Translations under genes and position numbers: made by a program | In this document: in pieces, positions 40,464 to 49,933 of the stretch | How the letters are laid out: every line of letters begins with the position of its first letter | Position numbering within the stretch: position 1 is the stretch's first letter | Notes under the pieces: model-generated | Told to the model about the DNA's origin: nothing | Seen by the model: only the letters and a program-made list of their open reading frames with translations | The model's database searches: none | Source of the DNA: an uncultured Gammaproteobacteria bacterium | GTDB taxonomy: Bacteria; Patescibacteriota; Patescibacteriia; CAIXNZ01 | Direction: 5' to 3' | Assembly (NCBI GenBank): GCA_964590345.1 | Contig: CAZPVP010000002.1 | Coordinates: 9,945-73,944, forward strand | DNA: 64,000 nt

Positions 40464-40973
40464 TTATGGATATATTTTATAAATATTTTTATTATATACG
40501 AGATAAATTCCTAAAAATCCAGTTCCTTTAAAAAATTTTTTTCTTAAATCCTTTAAATCTTTTATTTCTTTACTAGATAATTTTCCAACTATCCACCAAC
40601 CATCTAAAAGTAAAATTAAGTCTCTTTTTAATTCAATTGAATATTTTTCTGATTTTTGTTTAATAGGTTCAATGATCCCTTTCTCAATCCGAGGATCTGG
40701 TTCTGTTCTATTATAAACCCTTAAAACTTCCCCTTTTGTTGCGAATTTTTCTCGCGCATCATAATCTGCAACGGTAATTTGCATCTTTAAAGTGTGTTCC
40801 GGATTAGATTTTTTATGAGCTAAAGCATCGATACCTTCATCTATTGATGGGTGATAAGGTTCACAGTAATCTTCGTTATGATTTTTATTAATATGTTCAA
40901 TAAAAATATTCGCAATTTTCAATTCATCATCTATATTTCCCAGTTGGGGTTTTTTGATTATTGAGTAGGTCAT
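40464..40973 (-). CDS. Hypothetical protein, possible PD-(D/E)XK-like fold, with an S-subunit-derived N-terminus
   Basis: Begins MTYSIIKKPQL; IDA...KMQIT and LILLLD motifs. Confidence 0.55.
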   Translation of the reverse strand: MTYSIIKKPQLGNIDDELKIANIFIEHINKNHNEDYCEPYHPSIDEGIDALAHKKSNPEHTLKMQITVADYDAREKFATKGEVLRVYNRTEPDPRIEKGIIEPIKQKSEKYSIELKRDLILLLDGWWIVGKLSSKEIKDLKDLRKKFFKGTGFLGIYLVYNKNIYKIYP

Positions 40974-41782
40974 AATTGTTTAGCATTATCTTTTGATTGA
41001 TCTTTTATCTTCGTTAATTTTTTATGTTGTTCCTGAAAATCATCACTTTCAATAATTTCTTGTAAAAGCGCTGTTGAATGAACTAAGGCTATCCCTGTAT
41101 TTTCTGTAAAAACTGATCTTATCTCACCAGTTTGTACACTAATTGCCTCATCTTTGTAAGGTACATATGCGCCTATAATTCCTGATAATTTTATTTCAAC
41201 TGGACCTCCTATTTGAACAGAATTATCTTTTATTTTAATTGGTGTTGGTAATAAAAAAACAGGACTTCCGCTATTGCCAGGAAAAGCGAACCCATCCATA
41301 AAAAATGTTTTATCATAATTAATTCTAGAAACTACTCCCTTTCGAATAATCGGATTAATAGCGGCATCTGTTTTTAATTCATTAATTCCTGGCTGATAAG
41401 ACAGGAAAAATAAATCGACTAATTCTTGAATATCAGAAATTTTTCTAATGAATAGATCATTGGGGATAAATTTAGATTTATCACTAGGAGCTAAAGGAAA
41501 TGGTAATAAGGCAATGTCCACTTTATTATCTCCATGTTTTTTCCATGACCATCCTTGCCTTAATATTTCAGTTATTGCTTTATAATTTATGCCAAAATTA
41601 TTAGAATTTAAAAAAATATACATTTTTTCATAATTTTTTTCTACTACATGTTTAGCTGTAGCTAAATAAAAGACATCGTCTACTTGTATTAAGAATCCAG
41701 TTCCAGAAAAAACAGGCTCACTATTATTCATGTATCCTAAAAAAATAGTACTTTCTTTAATTTGAGATATTAATTGTTTCAT
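40970..41782 (-). CDS. Trypsin-like serine protease
   Basis: GTGF, TAKHV (His), DIA (Asp), PGNSGSP (Ser). Confidence 0.88.
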   Translation of the reverse strand: MKQLISQIKESTIFLGYMNNSEPVFSGTGFLIQVDDVFYLATAKHVVEKNYEKMYIFLNSNNFGINYKAITEILRQGWSWKKHGDNKVDIALLPFPLAPSDKSKFIPNDLFIRKISDIQELVDLFFLSYQPGINELKTDAAINPIIRKGVVSRINYDKTFFMDGFAFPGNSGSPVFLLPTPIKIKDNSVQIGGPVEIKLSGIIGAYVPYKDEAISVQTGEIRSVFTENTGIALVHSTALLQEIIESDDFQEQHKKLTKIKDQSKDNAKQL

Positions 41783-41795
41783 AATATGTAATTTA

Positions 41796-42350
41796 TTAAT
41801 TAAACTTCTTTTTTAAGTCTAAAATTAAATTTTCACAAGCAAAATCTATCTGTCTAAATTCGGCAATATAGCCTTCTTTATAATTTTTAGAAGTACTAAT
41901 TTCATCAAGTAAAGTATCTAATCCTTTTAAATTATCATTTCCTTTTGATATTTCTTTACATTTCTCAATCGCCTTTTTAGTTAAAATTATAAAATTATCT
42001 TTATGATTATAATATTGAGATATATGCCCAATCCTATTATGTCGAATTAGTAAAAAATCTTTTGAATATTCATTTAATTTATCTATTTCTGTTTTTTTCA
42101 AACAATCAAATTCATATAAAGACCATGTTCCGTTCCTTGAATCAAAAAATGTAGATAAAATCAAACAAATAGTCCTGGTTAAGCTATCCAATACCATTTG
42201 AAAAAAATGATTATAATTATTATTGTTAATATTTACATTTACTGCAATTTTATCATAAATAACCAATATAGAATTTAATCTACTTAATTCTTTATATAAA
42301 TACCCCCAAATTTCATATTCAGTATTATTTATTTTCTTGCCTTTTAGCAT
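41796..42350 (-). CDS. HEPN (AbiU2-like) domain protein
   Basis: FFDS...SL segment and RHNRIGH (Rx5H) motif. Confidence 0.6.
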   Translation of the reverse strand: MLKGKKINNTEYEIWGYLYKELSRLNSILVIYDKIAVNVNINNNNYNHFFQMVLDSLTRTICLILSTFFDSRNGTWSLYEFDCLKKTEIDKLNEYSKDFLLIRHNRIGHISQYYNHKDNFIILTKKAIEKCKEISKGNDNLKGLDTLLDEISTSKNYKEGYIAEFRQIDFACENLILDLKKKFN

Positions 42351-42403
42351 AGAATATGATTAATTTACTTAATTTTGATTATCCACAGATATATTGACAA
42401 AAT

Positions 42404-42511
42404 TTGACAATATATGAAAAATTGGTATAATGACAATGTAGTGCAAGCTACCCTCATCTATAGGATAATAGATATGTGTTTATACCTCCGCCTTAACGGG
42501 CGGAGTGTTTT
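42404..42511 (+). ncRNA. Putative ~75-nt small RNA convergent with and overlapping the NYN gene 3' end
   Basis: TTGACA-N16-TATAAT with TGn extension; hairpins GTAG/CTAC, ATCTAT/ATAGAT, CTCCGCC/GGCGGAG plus T-tract. Confidence 0.6.
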
Positions 42512-43136
42512 GATTCTCAAATTTTAAAAATTGCGCTAAAGTTTCAGCCGGAATAAACTTATCTGCAACTGTTTCAAGTTCAGTACTCATTCTATTTCGG
42601 GTACTAACCACTATTATTTTTTTCTTTTTAGTCTTTAAATATGCAAGTAGTCCCCCAAAATCACTATCTCCTGAAAACAGCATTACAGTATCATATTTAT
42701 GAATTTTAACTAGCATATCTTGAGTTATTTCTACATCAAAATTGCATTTAGGAAATTTGCCTAAAAATTTTCCATCTTCATCATAATGAGGCACCATTTT
42801 AATTTCCTTGGTCCTTTTGGTAAAACCTGCTTTTTCTGCTTTTTCAACTCTATAAAGAGATTTTCCATGTTTTACATTTAATTCGTGATCTTTGGATAAA
42901 TTAGGATATTTTGCATAATGGCCATAATAGAAAAATTTTTTTGAGGGTTTAACCCATTCGCACAAGTTAGCTAGCTTCTCAATATCTATTTCCCAACAAA
43001 GTTTGTATTTATTTTCCTCCGGCCAAAATTCTTTTGCCCAAGGCCTAACATTTCCAAAATCTACGAAAACATAAATATTTTCAAATTCACCGGGTTTGAA
43101 AAAATAATAATTGCATTTAAAATCGTTTATTTCCAT
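42480..43136 (-). CDS. NYN (LabA/DUF88) PIN-fold nuclease
   Basis: YVFVDFGNV, KCNFDVEITQD, LFSGDSDF, ADKFI. Confidence 0.9.
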   Translation of the reverse strand: MEINDFKCNYYFFKPGEFENIYVFVDFGNVRPWAKEFWPEENKYKLCWEIDIEKLANLCEWVKPSKKFFYYGHYAKYPNLSKDHELNVKHGKSLYRVEKAEKAGFTKRTKEIKMVPHYDEDGKFLGKFPKCNFDVEITQDMLVKIHKYDTVMLFSGDSDFGGLLAYLKTKKKKIIVVSTRNRMSTELETVADKFIPAETLAQFLKFENQNTPPVKAEV

Positions 43137-43196
43137 GCAAATAAAATTTGTGATTACTGATTAAATTTACTTAATTTTGCTTATCCACACTGGATA

Positions 43197-43283
43197 TTGA
43201 CAAAACATGTGAATTTGCTATAATAATTACAGAATATTAGAAAAAGGCGTCGGCTCTATTGGCCGATGGCCTTTTTCATTTTA
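43197..43283 (+). ncRNA. Putative ~50-nt small RNA convergent with and overlapping the DUF3800 gene 3' end
   Basis: TTGACA-N16-TATAAT with TGn extension; hairpin GAAAAAGGCGTCGGCT-CTATT-GGCCGATGGCCTTTTTC (43240-77). Confidence 0.55.
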
Positions 43284-44029
43284 GCTAAAAAACCATCCGT
43301 CTTATGATGGTGAATATTAAAAGCGAAATTTCTAAAATCCTTAGTTAAAATGTTTACTCCCAAATTTTCTTTGATTTTTTTGACAAATTCCTGCTTTACA
43401 GATGATGGAGCAGAAATTATGCCATCTTTCAATAGTAATTCGTAATTAATTGCACCAGTTATAAGATCGGTTAATTGCAATAAATCATTTGTTCGTGAAT
43501 CAAGACGACAAACACCGGCGATTGCCAAACGATCAAACTTCTTATTTAAATTATTTTTAATATTGACTTCAAATTTACTCCTTTTGGGTGTAATTAAATT
43601 ATCGGCTAAAACAATTAAAACTTCGTTTTTTCTTAAATTTCCTTCCAAAAGATGCTGGGCAACTCTTTCATAAGCTAAAAAAGGATCACTATGAAATTCA
43701 TTTCTGAAATATTTGCTCCTTTTATCTATTGAATATGAGGTATAAAAAATACTTCTGGTACTAAATAAAGCTTCCAGAGCCAACAAATAAACATTTAATT
43801 TAGCTTTATTTAAATTATTAAATTTTAATTCCCACCAAAAATGATTGCATTCTCTAATATAACGCATTTTTTGCTGTAAATAATAAGGCTGGGAACATTT
43901 AATCATGCCTACTGTGAAATATGGCTGGGTTTCAATAGATAATGCTCCTGATTCATCTAAAAAGCAAAATGGGGTCCAGATATTTTTATAATCTCCTAAT
44001 GTTAAATTGTGATTATCATTATTTTCCAT
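43256..44029 (-). CDS. DUF3800 family protein (RNase H-like fold)
   Basis: FLDESG, VLAD, DS...LLQLTDLITG. Confidence 0.85.
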   Translation of the reverse strand: MENNDNHNLTLGDYKNIWTPFCFLDESGALSIETQPYFTVGMIKCSQPYYLQQKMRYIRECNHFWWELKFNNLNKAKLNVYLLALEALFSTRSIFYTSYSIDKRSKYFRNEFHSDPFLAYERVAQHLLEGNLRKNEVLIVLADNLITPKRSKFEVNIKNNLNKKFDRLAIAGVCRLDSRTNDLLQLTDLITGAINYELLLKDGIISAPSSVKQEFVKKIKENLGVNILTKDFRNFAFNIHHHKTDGFLAKMKKAIGQ

Positions 44030-44036
44030 ATTAAAA

Positions 44037-45980
44037 TTAAAGAAAATTTAAATTATCCTTTTTGGCAAATTTTAAAAACTCATCAGCGATTTCATCTAAA
44101 TCATGATCAATTATTTTTTTACCTTTTAAATTAACCATTTTATTGCCTTCTTCATCTTTTTTATAAACATACTCACCGGAATTATCCTTACCTGATTTTT
44201 GGGATGTTGCCATGAAAATATTATAATCTTTTTTCGGTTTTTCATTTTCTAACCATTTTTGCAAAAACAAAACAGAAGTCTTAGTACCTGTATGAGGTTT
44301 AAATGTATTAACCTGCAAGCCAACTACTGCTAATATTCTAGCTTTATCCATTAAAAATTCCCTGACTTGCTGCATATTAGTATTATTAAAAACGCCTTGC
44401 GGCAAAACAATGGCTAAACGGCCACCTGGTTTAATAATATTTAATGACCGTTCAATAAATAAAATATGGCGTTCCATTTTATTTTTTAATTTGCCTTTAT
44501 CATTTTTCGCCAATTCATATTTATTTAATAAAGATTTTTCAATTATCTCACCGGCAAAAGGCGGATTGGACAATAAAATATCAAAATTAAAATATTTAAA
44601 ATTATCTTCATTATCCTTGTCTTTGGTATAATCATTGAATTTATAAAGCCTTTGCTGTAATTCTGCCCTGGCTCTTAATTTTTCACTTTCATTACCCATC
44701 CATTCTTGGGGATTTAAAGAATTTAATTTAAAAATATGAGAGCGACCATCGCCAGCTATTAGCATTAAAGCACGGGAAATTTTGACTGATTTTTCATCAA
44801 AATCAATGCCATATAAATAACGCTGAGCATATTCTCTCATTAATTCCTTATCCATGCTTAAAAATTCTTTTTTAACATGATTCATCGTATGGATTAAAAA
44901 TCCACCAGATCCACAAGCCGGATCAATCACATATTCTGTGGTTTGCGGATTTAACATTTTAACTGCCATATCAATAACATGACGCGGTGTAAAATATTGT
45001 CCCTTTTTCCCCTTAGCAATATCCGGTAATAAATATTCAAAAGCAGAGTCAATTACATCAAGATTGGCATCAAGTAATTTTATTTTTTCAAATTCACCAA
45101 CACAAACCGACAAGTGTCCCGGATTTAAATCAATTTTTTCATATTCATTAAAAATACCAGGCCATTCTTTTTTCGCACCATCAAAAAGCTGGCTAATATG
45201 ATCATAAGTTAATTGTGGATCTTTATATTGCCTAAATAATAATTCTTTATCTTTACGCTTTTTGGCCTCTTTCTCATCATATAATTTAGCGTAAATTAAT
45301 TTAAAAATCTCATTAAAACTATCAGCACCTGATCCAGCTAAAACCAATTCTTCTAATACGCGAATAATACTAACTAAATCAAAGTCAACCTCTAAATCAC
45401 TAATCGTTAATTTTTCATCCAAAACATCTTCAATATCCTGGTCAACTCTGGGAATATCACGCAAAGTGCTCTCAAATTGATCCGGATATTTACGATATAA
45501 AATAACTTTCTCATCGCCATTAGACCAAACGCCGATTGGCGCACCTTTAGAATTAACATAAGTTTTTAATTGTTCTAAACCTTTTTTCTCATCTGGCTTT
45601 TTGAGTTCAAAAATAATTAGGGCTGTTTCTTTATCCTTATGGAAAACTATAATATCAGCCGCTTTGACATGCACTTCCCCGCCAAAATGAATATTTTGTT
45701 CAATACCGATCCGGTCTAAAGGATAACCATATATTTTGATCAATTTATAAATCCATAATTGCCGAATGATTTCTTCCGGCTTAGATATTTTTTTTTCTTC
45801 GTTCAAAATTAAAATATCCTGATTGCGCACAGGATCTTTAACATAATATTTGCCGTCTTTGGCAACGATATCTAAAACTTCAGCAATTTTTATTCCTTTA
45901 AATTCCTTAAGGCCATATTCCAATTCAGGATCTTTAAAAATTTTAGTAATTACTTGATGCGCTAATTCTTTTTTAAGCAT
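44037..45980 (-). CDS. Fused restriction endonuclease / N6-adenine methyltransferase subunit (type IIB/I-like)
   Basis: PEEIIRQ, ADII...ELKK nuclease motifs, GQYFTP, DPACGSGGF, NPPF, TGTKT. Confidence 0.9.
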   Translation of the reverse strand: MLKKELAHQVITKIFKDPELEYGLKEFKGIKIAEVLDIVAKDGKYYVKDPVRNQDILILNEEKKISKPEEIIRQLWIYKLIKIYGYPLDRIGIEQNIHFGGEVHVKAADIIVFHKDKETALIIFELKKPDEKKGLEQLKTYVNSKGAPIGVWSNGDEKVILYRKYPDQFESTLRDIPRVDQDIEDVLDEKLTISDLEVDFDLVSIIRVLEELVLAGSGADSFNEIFKLIYAKLYDEKEAKKRKDKELLFRQYKDPQLTYDHISQLFDGAKKEWPGIFNEYEKIDLNPGHLSVCVGEFEKIKLLDANLDVIDSAFEYLLPDIAKGKKGQYFTPRHVIDMAVKMLNPQTTEYVIDPACGSGGFLIHTMNHVKKEFLSMDKELMREYAQRYLYGIDFDEKSVKISRALMLIAGDGRSHIFKLNSLNPQEWMGNESEKLRARAELQQRLYKFNDYTKDKDNEDNFKYFNFDILLSNPPFAGEIIEKSLLNKYELAKNDKGKLKNKMERHILFIERSLNIIKPGGRLAIVLPQGVFNNTNMQQVREFLMDKARILAVVGLQVNTFKPHTGTKTSVLFLQKWLENEKPKKDYNIFMATSQKSGKDNSGEYVYKKDEEGNKMVNLKGKKIIDHDLDEIADEFLKFAKKDNLNFL

Positions 45981-45981
45981 A

Positions 45982-46599
45982 TTATCTTGATAAATTTTTA
46001 ATTATTTTTCCTTTAATGTAGGTTTCCTCGCAAACAGGGATGATATCATATTTCGGATTTTCTGGCTGAAAAAATGTTCTGTTGCCTTTAAATTTTAAAC
46101 GTTTAACAGTAAAACCAATATCCATGACGTGAGCAAAAACAATATCATTATCTTTAAATTCATTGCCTTTTTGAACAAGCAAAAGGTCTCCGTCATGAAT
46201 ACCAGCTCCGATCATTGAATCGCCAAAAGCTTTAATAATAGTCAATTTGTCTGAAAATTCATGAACTTCAGAAGACAATTCTATCCAATGATCTTTTTGC
46301 TCAAAAACTTCTACTAAAGCTCCGCAAGGGGCTTCTCCCTCCATTTTTATTACTGGTTTAACATTTAGTGCGTCAAATCCTTTTTTTAAAATTTGAATTG
46401 ACCTAGCCACACCTTCATTTCTTTTGATAAATTTGCCATTTTCTAAAATTTCTAATAAATCTAAAACTGCTTGATTAGATTTTACATCTAACTCTCTTTT
46501 CATATCTTCAAAAGAAGGTCCAAAACCTGAAGATTTCAGCCAATCATAAATAATCTGAAGCAATTGCTTTTGCCTTTTTGTTATTGCATGGGGTTTCAT
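45982..46599 (-). CDS. LexA-like S24 repressor (second paralogue) heading the R-M operon
   Basis: ITKRQKQLL..GPSFED wHTH, PCG cleavage-site variant, GDSM, TVKR. Confidence 0.88.
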   Translation of the reverse strand: MKPHAITKRQKQLLQIIYDWLKSSGFGPSFEDMKRELDVKSNQAVLDLLEILENGKFIKRNEGVARSIQILKKGFDALNVKPVIKMEGEAPCGALVEVFEQKDHWIELSSEVHEFSDKLTIIKAFGDSMIGAGIHDGDLLLVQKGNEFKDNDIVFAHVMDIGFTVKRLKFKGNRTFFQPENPKYDIIPVCEETYIKGKIIKNLSR

Positions 46600-46607
46600 A
46601 TGTCTAT

Positions 46608-46651
46608 ATTTTAACTGACTATTTAGTCAGTAGTCAAATTATTTATCCACA
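46608..46651 (-). promoter_or_regulatory. Promoter with palindromic operator and a DnaA-box-like 9-mer
   Basis: TTGACT-N18-TAAAAT, with ACTGACTA-TT-TAGTCAGT (46614-31) forming the entire spacer; TTATCCACA at 46643-51. Confidence 0.75.
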
Positions 46652-46706
46652 AAAAAACATCCCCTATAGAAATGTTTTTTTACATAAAAAATATTTTATA
46701 AATTCC

Positions 46707-47600
46707 TTATTTATTTTCTTTCAATTTATCTAAAAATTTTATCACATCCAAATCTGGATAAACACTTAAACGCTTTAATTCAAACAAATCCTCTGGATCC
46801 TGCCAAGCATCCTGATCAAAAGTCAATCCGGCTTTATAACCGACTGCTTTGGCTAAAGCTTTAATTTCCTCGTTATATAAGCCAAATGGATAACAAATAA
46901 CTTCTGTTTCCCTGGCCAATAATTCTTTTAAATCGTCGCGGCTTTTTTCTAATTCGTACAAACGTTCATCAGCCGGCACTTGAGTCAATTTAGGATGCCA
47001 GACAGTATGGGAGCCGATTTCAACCAAACCGCTTTTATCCAATTCCACTACCTGCTCTTTGCTTAAATAATTTGGCCCGCCTACGCCAGTCATAATATAA
47101 ACTGATGATTTAACTTTGTATTTCTGCAAAATCGGCCAGGCATTAGTATAAAAATTCTCATTGCCGTCATCAAAAGTAATGGCTATAATATTATTTTTTG
47201 GCAAAACGCCTTGCGATAAATAATCAACTATCTCACTGACAAAAACCGGCTCATAATTATTGTTAATTATTTCTTGGATAATTTGTTCAAAATTGGCTGG
47301 CTCAATATAATAACTTTGAGTAATTTTACTCGCCGTAGCCGGTGCCTGATCAATATGATGGAAATTTAAAATCGGCACAAAAACTTTTTCGTCAGCTTTA
47401 ATCTCTACCAAATCAATTTTTTGCTGTTTCTTGTTTTCCTCTAAAAAATCGCCTTTATATTCGCCTGGCGCGGACCTTAAACTAACCACAAATAAATCAG
47501 CTAGAATAACAATAACGACAACTAAAATAACAATTATTGCGTCAAACAAATGATGGTGCTTTTCTTCGAGTTTTTTCTTTATCTGCTCTAAATCAGGCAT
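46707..47600 (-). CDS. Membrane-anchored polysaccharide deacetylase (CE4)
   Basis: N-terminal TM, PILNFH, ITFDDG, GSHTVWH, CYPFG. Confidence 0.92.
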   Translation of the reverse strand: MPDLEQIKKKLEEKHHHLFDAIIVILVVVIVILADLFVVSLRSAPGEYKGDFLEENKKQQKIDLVEIKADEKVFVPILNFHHIDQAPATASKITQSYYIEPANFEQIIQEIINNNYEPVFVSEIVDYLSQGVLPKNNIIAITFDDGNENFYTNAWPILQKYKVKSSVYIMTGVGGPNYLSKEQVVELDKSGLVEIGSHTVWHPKLTQVPADERLYELEKSRDDLKELLARETEVICYPFGLYNEEIKALAKAVGYKAGLTFDQDAWQDPEDLFELKRLSVYPDLDVIKFLDKLKENK

Positions 47601-47712
47601 ACATTTTTAATTTAATTTTAATCTTTTATTATTTGCCTCTATCTTAGCACTAAGCTTTAAATTTGACAATAAAAAAACTCGTTTTATTTAACGAGTAATT
47701 TTTTAATTATTT

Positions 47713-49872
47713 TTAACTTAAAGGTAAAATAATTTTAAAACTAGTTCCTTTGCCTAATTCGCTTTTTACTCCTATTTTGCCGCCGTGAACATGAACAATC
47801 CATTTGCAAATAGCTAAACCTAAACCAGTCCCCTTTTCTTTAACTTGATATTCAATTCTATAAAAGCGAGAAAAAATATAGGGCAGATCTTTTCGCGCAA
47901 TGCCAATACCTTGATCAGCAACCAGCAAGCAAATGGTATCATTTTTTTTATACAATTCAATCTTAATCTCTTTACCTACGGGCGTATATTTTAAGGCGTT
48001 GCTTATTAAATTAAATAAAAGCCCCTGAAGCTTTTCTTTATCTCCCATAAAATAAATGCCCTTTTCAATCTTTAATTGCATTTTTATCTCTTTATCTTCA
48101 GCTAAAATCGCTGAATCTTCAGCCATTTCTTTAACTAAGTCGCTAAAATCAAAATATTCTTTATTAATTTTTATCTGACCGACATCGGCCTTTGACAAAA
48201 AAATTAAATCTTTAATTAAATTTGAAAGTCGATCAACTGATCTCTCCAATCTTACAAAAACTTTTTTGCTTTCTTGTTCATCAAGCTTTTTATTGTTAAT
48301 TAAGCTTAAATTGCCTTTTAAAACAGCTAATGGCGTTTGCAATTCATGAGAAATATCAGCCATAAAACGAGACTGGTTTTTATTTAATTCCCTTAATTCC
48401 TTGGTTCTCTGGTTAATTTTTTCTTCCATACTAAAAAGGGATTTCTTTAAATCATTATAAAGAAAGATATTTTCAAAAATCAAATTCAATGTGTCAATTA
48501 AATTTTCAAAAAGCTGCAGGTCCTGCGGATATAAATCTTCTTGGGAAAGTTTATGACCGAAAAAGAAAAAAGCTGTTAATTGCCCGTTACAATAGACTGG
48601 CAAAATCAAATTAACGCCTGATTTTTCAAATAGCTTCTGCCGTTGCAACAATTCTTTATCCTTTAAAATATCTTGCAAAACTGGCTGTTTATCCCTGATT
48701 AATATAATATGGTTATATTGATTAAAATATTCATAAATTTTTGTCGGGCATTTAACTTTCTTGAAAAAATCAACCAATTTCCGACTAAAATTATGATTTT
48801 TAACTAAAAAGGGGTTTTTATCTTTCTGTAAAATGACCAATAAAATTTTATTTATTTTCAACTTATTCTCAATAATTGAACTGAAATAATCGAAAAAATT
48901 ATCAAAATCAATCTGCCTGCTGCATTTTTCATTAATTTCTTTCAGCACTTTATTGGAATCATAAGGATAACGATAAAAAAATTTATCTGTTTTTTTCTGA
49001 AAATATAATTTAAATCTGGGATAAATCGCAATAATCAACACAGCGGAAATTATTGAACTGAAAGTCGGCGCCAAATCAAATAAAGCAAATACTTGATCAA
49101 AAACAAAAATCAGGGAAAGATAAATCACCAAAAACAAACCAAAAGTCATAGCGTACAGAATCGTTTTTTGAATAAAGAGCCTGATGTCCATCAAGCGATG
49201 GCGGACAATGGCATAAGTGGTGAAAGCAACAAAAATCACGCTAAAAAATGGGGAAAGTTTTGCTAAAAACGAATTGTTGAATAAAAAAGGAAGTGGCAAA
49301 CTAAAAGAGAGAGAAAAAAATAATAACAAAAACAAACCCAATAAAAAATATCTAATCTGCATTTTTTCAACTCCTCTGACTTTTCTATACTTACTAAAAA
49401 TCTTAACTATTGTAGCCATGCCCATTAAAATAAAAAAAAGCGAACCGTAAATAAAAAAAGGCCCGAAAATATATTCTTCTACACCAAATTCTCCCACAAT
49501 TATATCATAAAGAATAAATTTTTTATACAGATCACTTAGACAAAAAATGCTAAAAATCAAAGTTAATATAAAAGGAATAATTATTTTAAACTTTATTCTT
49601 ATTTGATCTTTGAATGGAAAAAACAAAGAAAAAATAAATAACAAATAAAGTGCTAAAGCCGCCATAATCCATGAGATTTGCGACCAAAATAATGCTTGAT
49701 TGCTATCTTTAGCATGATCAACGATAAAATTCGCTACAATCCAAACTAAAACTGAAAATATAAAAATAATGAAAATTTTATTAGCTACCGATTTTCTATT
49801 TTTAACCAATATCAAAACCGCTAAAGCAAAGTTAATACCGAATGTTATGGTCAAAATAATTAAATCCAGCAT
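47713..49872 (-). CDS. Sensor histidine kinase with N-terminal 7TM-type membrane region
   Basis: About 9 TM helices, YAIVRHRLMDI, GAF-like linker, SHELQTPL, NALKY, DQGIG, GTGLGL. Confidence 0.93.
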   Translation of the reverse strand: MLDLIILTITFGINFALAVLILVKNRKSVANKIFIIFIFSVLVWIVANFIVDHAKDSNQALFWSQISWIMAALALYLLFIFSLFFPFKDQIRIKFKIIIPFILTLIFSIFCLSDLYKKFILYDIIVGEFGVEEYIFGPFFIYGSLFFILMGMATIVKIFSKYRKVRGVEKMQIRYFLLGLFLLLFFSLSFSLPLPFLFNNSFLAKLSPFFSVIFVAFTTYAIVRHRLMDIRLFIQKTILYAMTFGLFLVIYLSLIFVFDQVFALFDLAPTFSSIISAVLIIAIYPRFKLYFQKKTDKFFYRYPYDSNKVLKEINEKCSRQIDFDNFFDYFSSIIENKLKINKILLVILQKDKNPFLVKNHNFSRKLVDFFKKVKCPTKIYEYFNQYNHIILIRDKQPVLQDILKDKELLQRQKLFEKSGVNLILPVYCNGQLTAFFFFGHKLSQEDLYPQDLQLFENLIDTLNLIFENIFLYNDLKKSLFSMEEKINQRTKELRELNKNQSRFMADISHELQTPLAVLKGNLSLINNKKLDEQESKKVFVRLERSVDRLSNLIKDLIFLSKADVGQIKINKEYFDFSDLVKEMAEDSAILAEDKEIKMQLKIEKGIYFMGDKEKLQGLLFNLISNALKYTPVGKEIKIELYKKNDTICLLVADQGIGIARKDLPYIFSRFYRIEYQVKEKGTGLGLAICKWIVHVHGGKIGVKSELGKGTSFKIILPLS

Positions 49873-49933
49873 AAAAAATAAGAAAATGGTCGGTTAAGTT
49901 TAGACTCCCCCGACCATTAAATTATGGCAAAAA

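Noticed and set aside
39046-45980. Integron cassette array or complete type I R-M system
   Set aside because: No integrase or attC-like sites seen; no HsdR helicase in the window, and the MTase carries its own nuclease domain
25657-46651. Replication origin suggested by DnaA boxes
   Set aside because: Boxes are single and spread over 21 kb at promoters, not clustered; no dnaA or dnaN in the window
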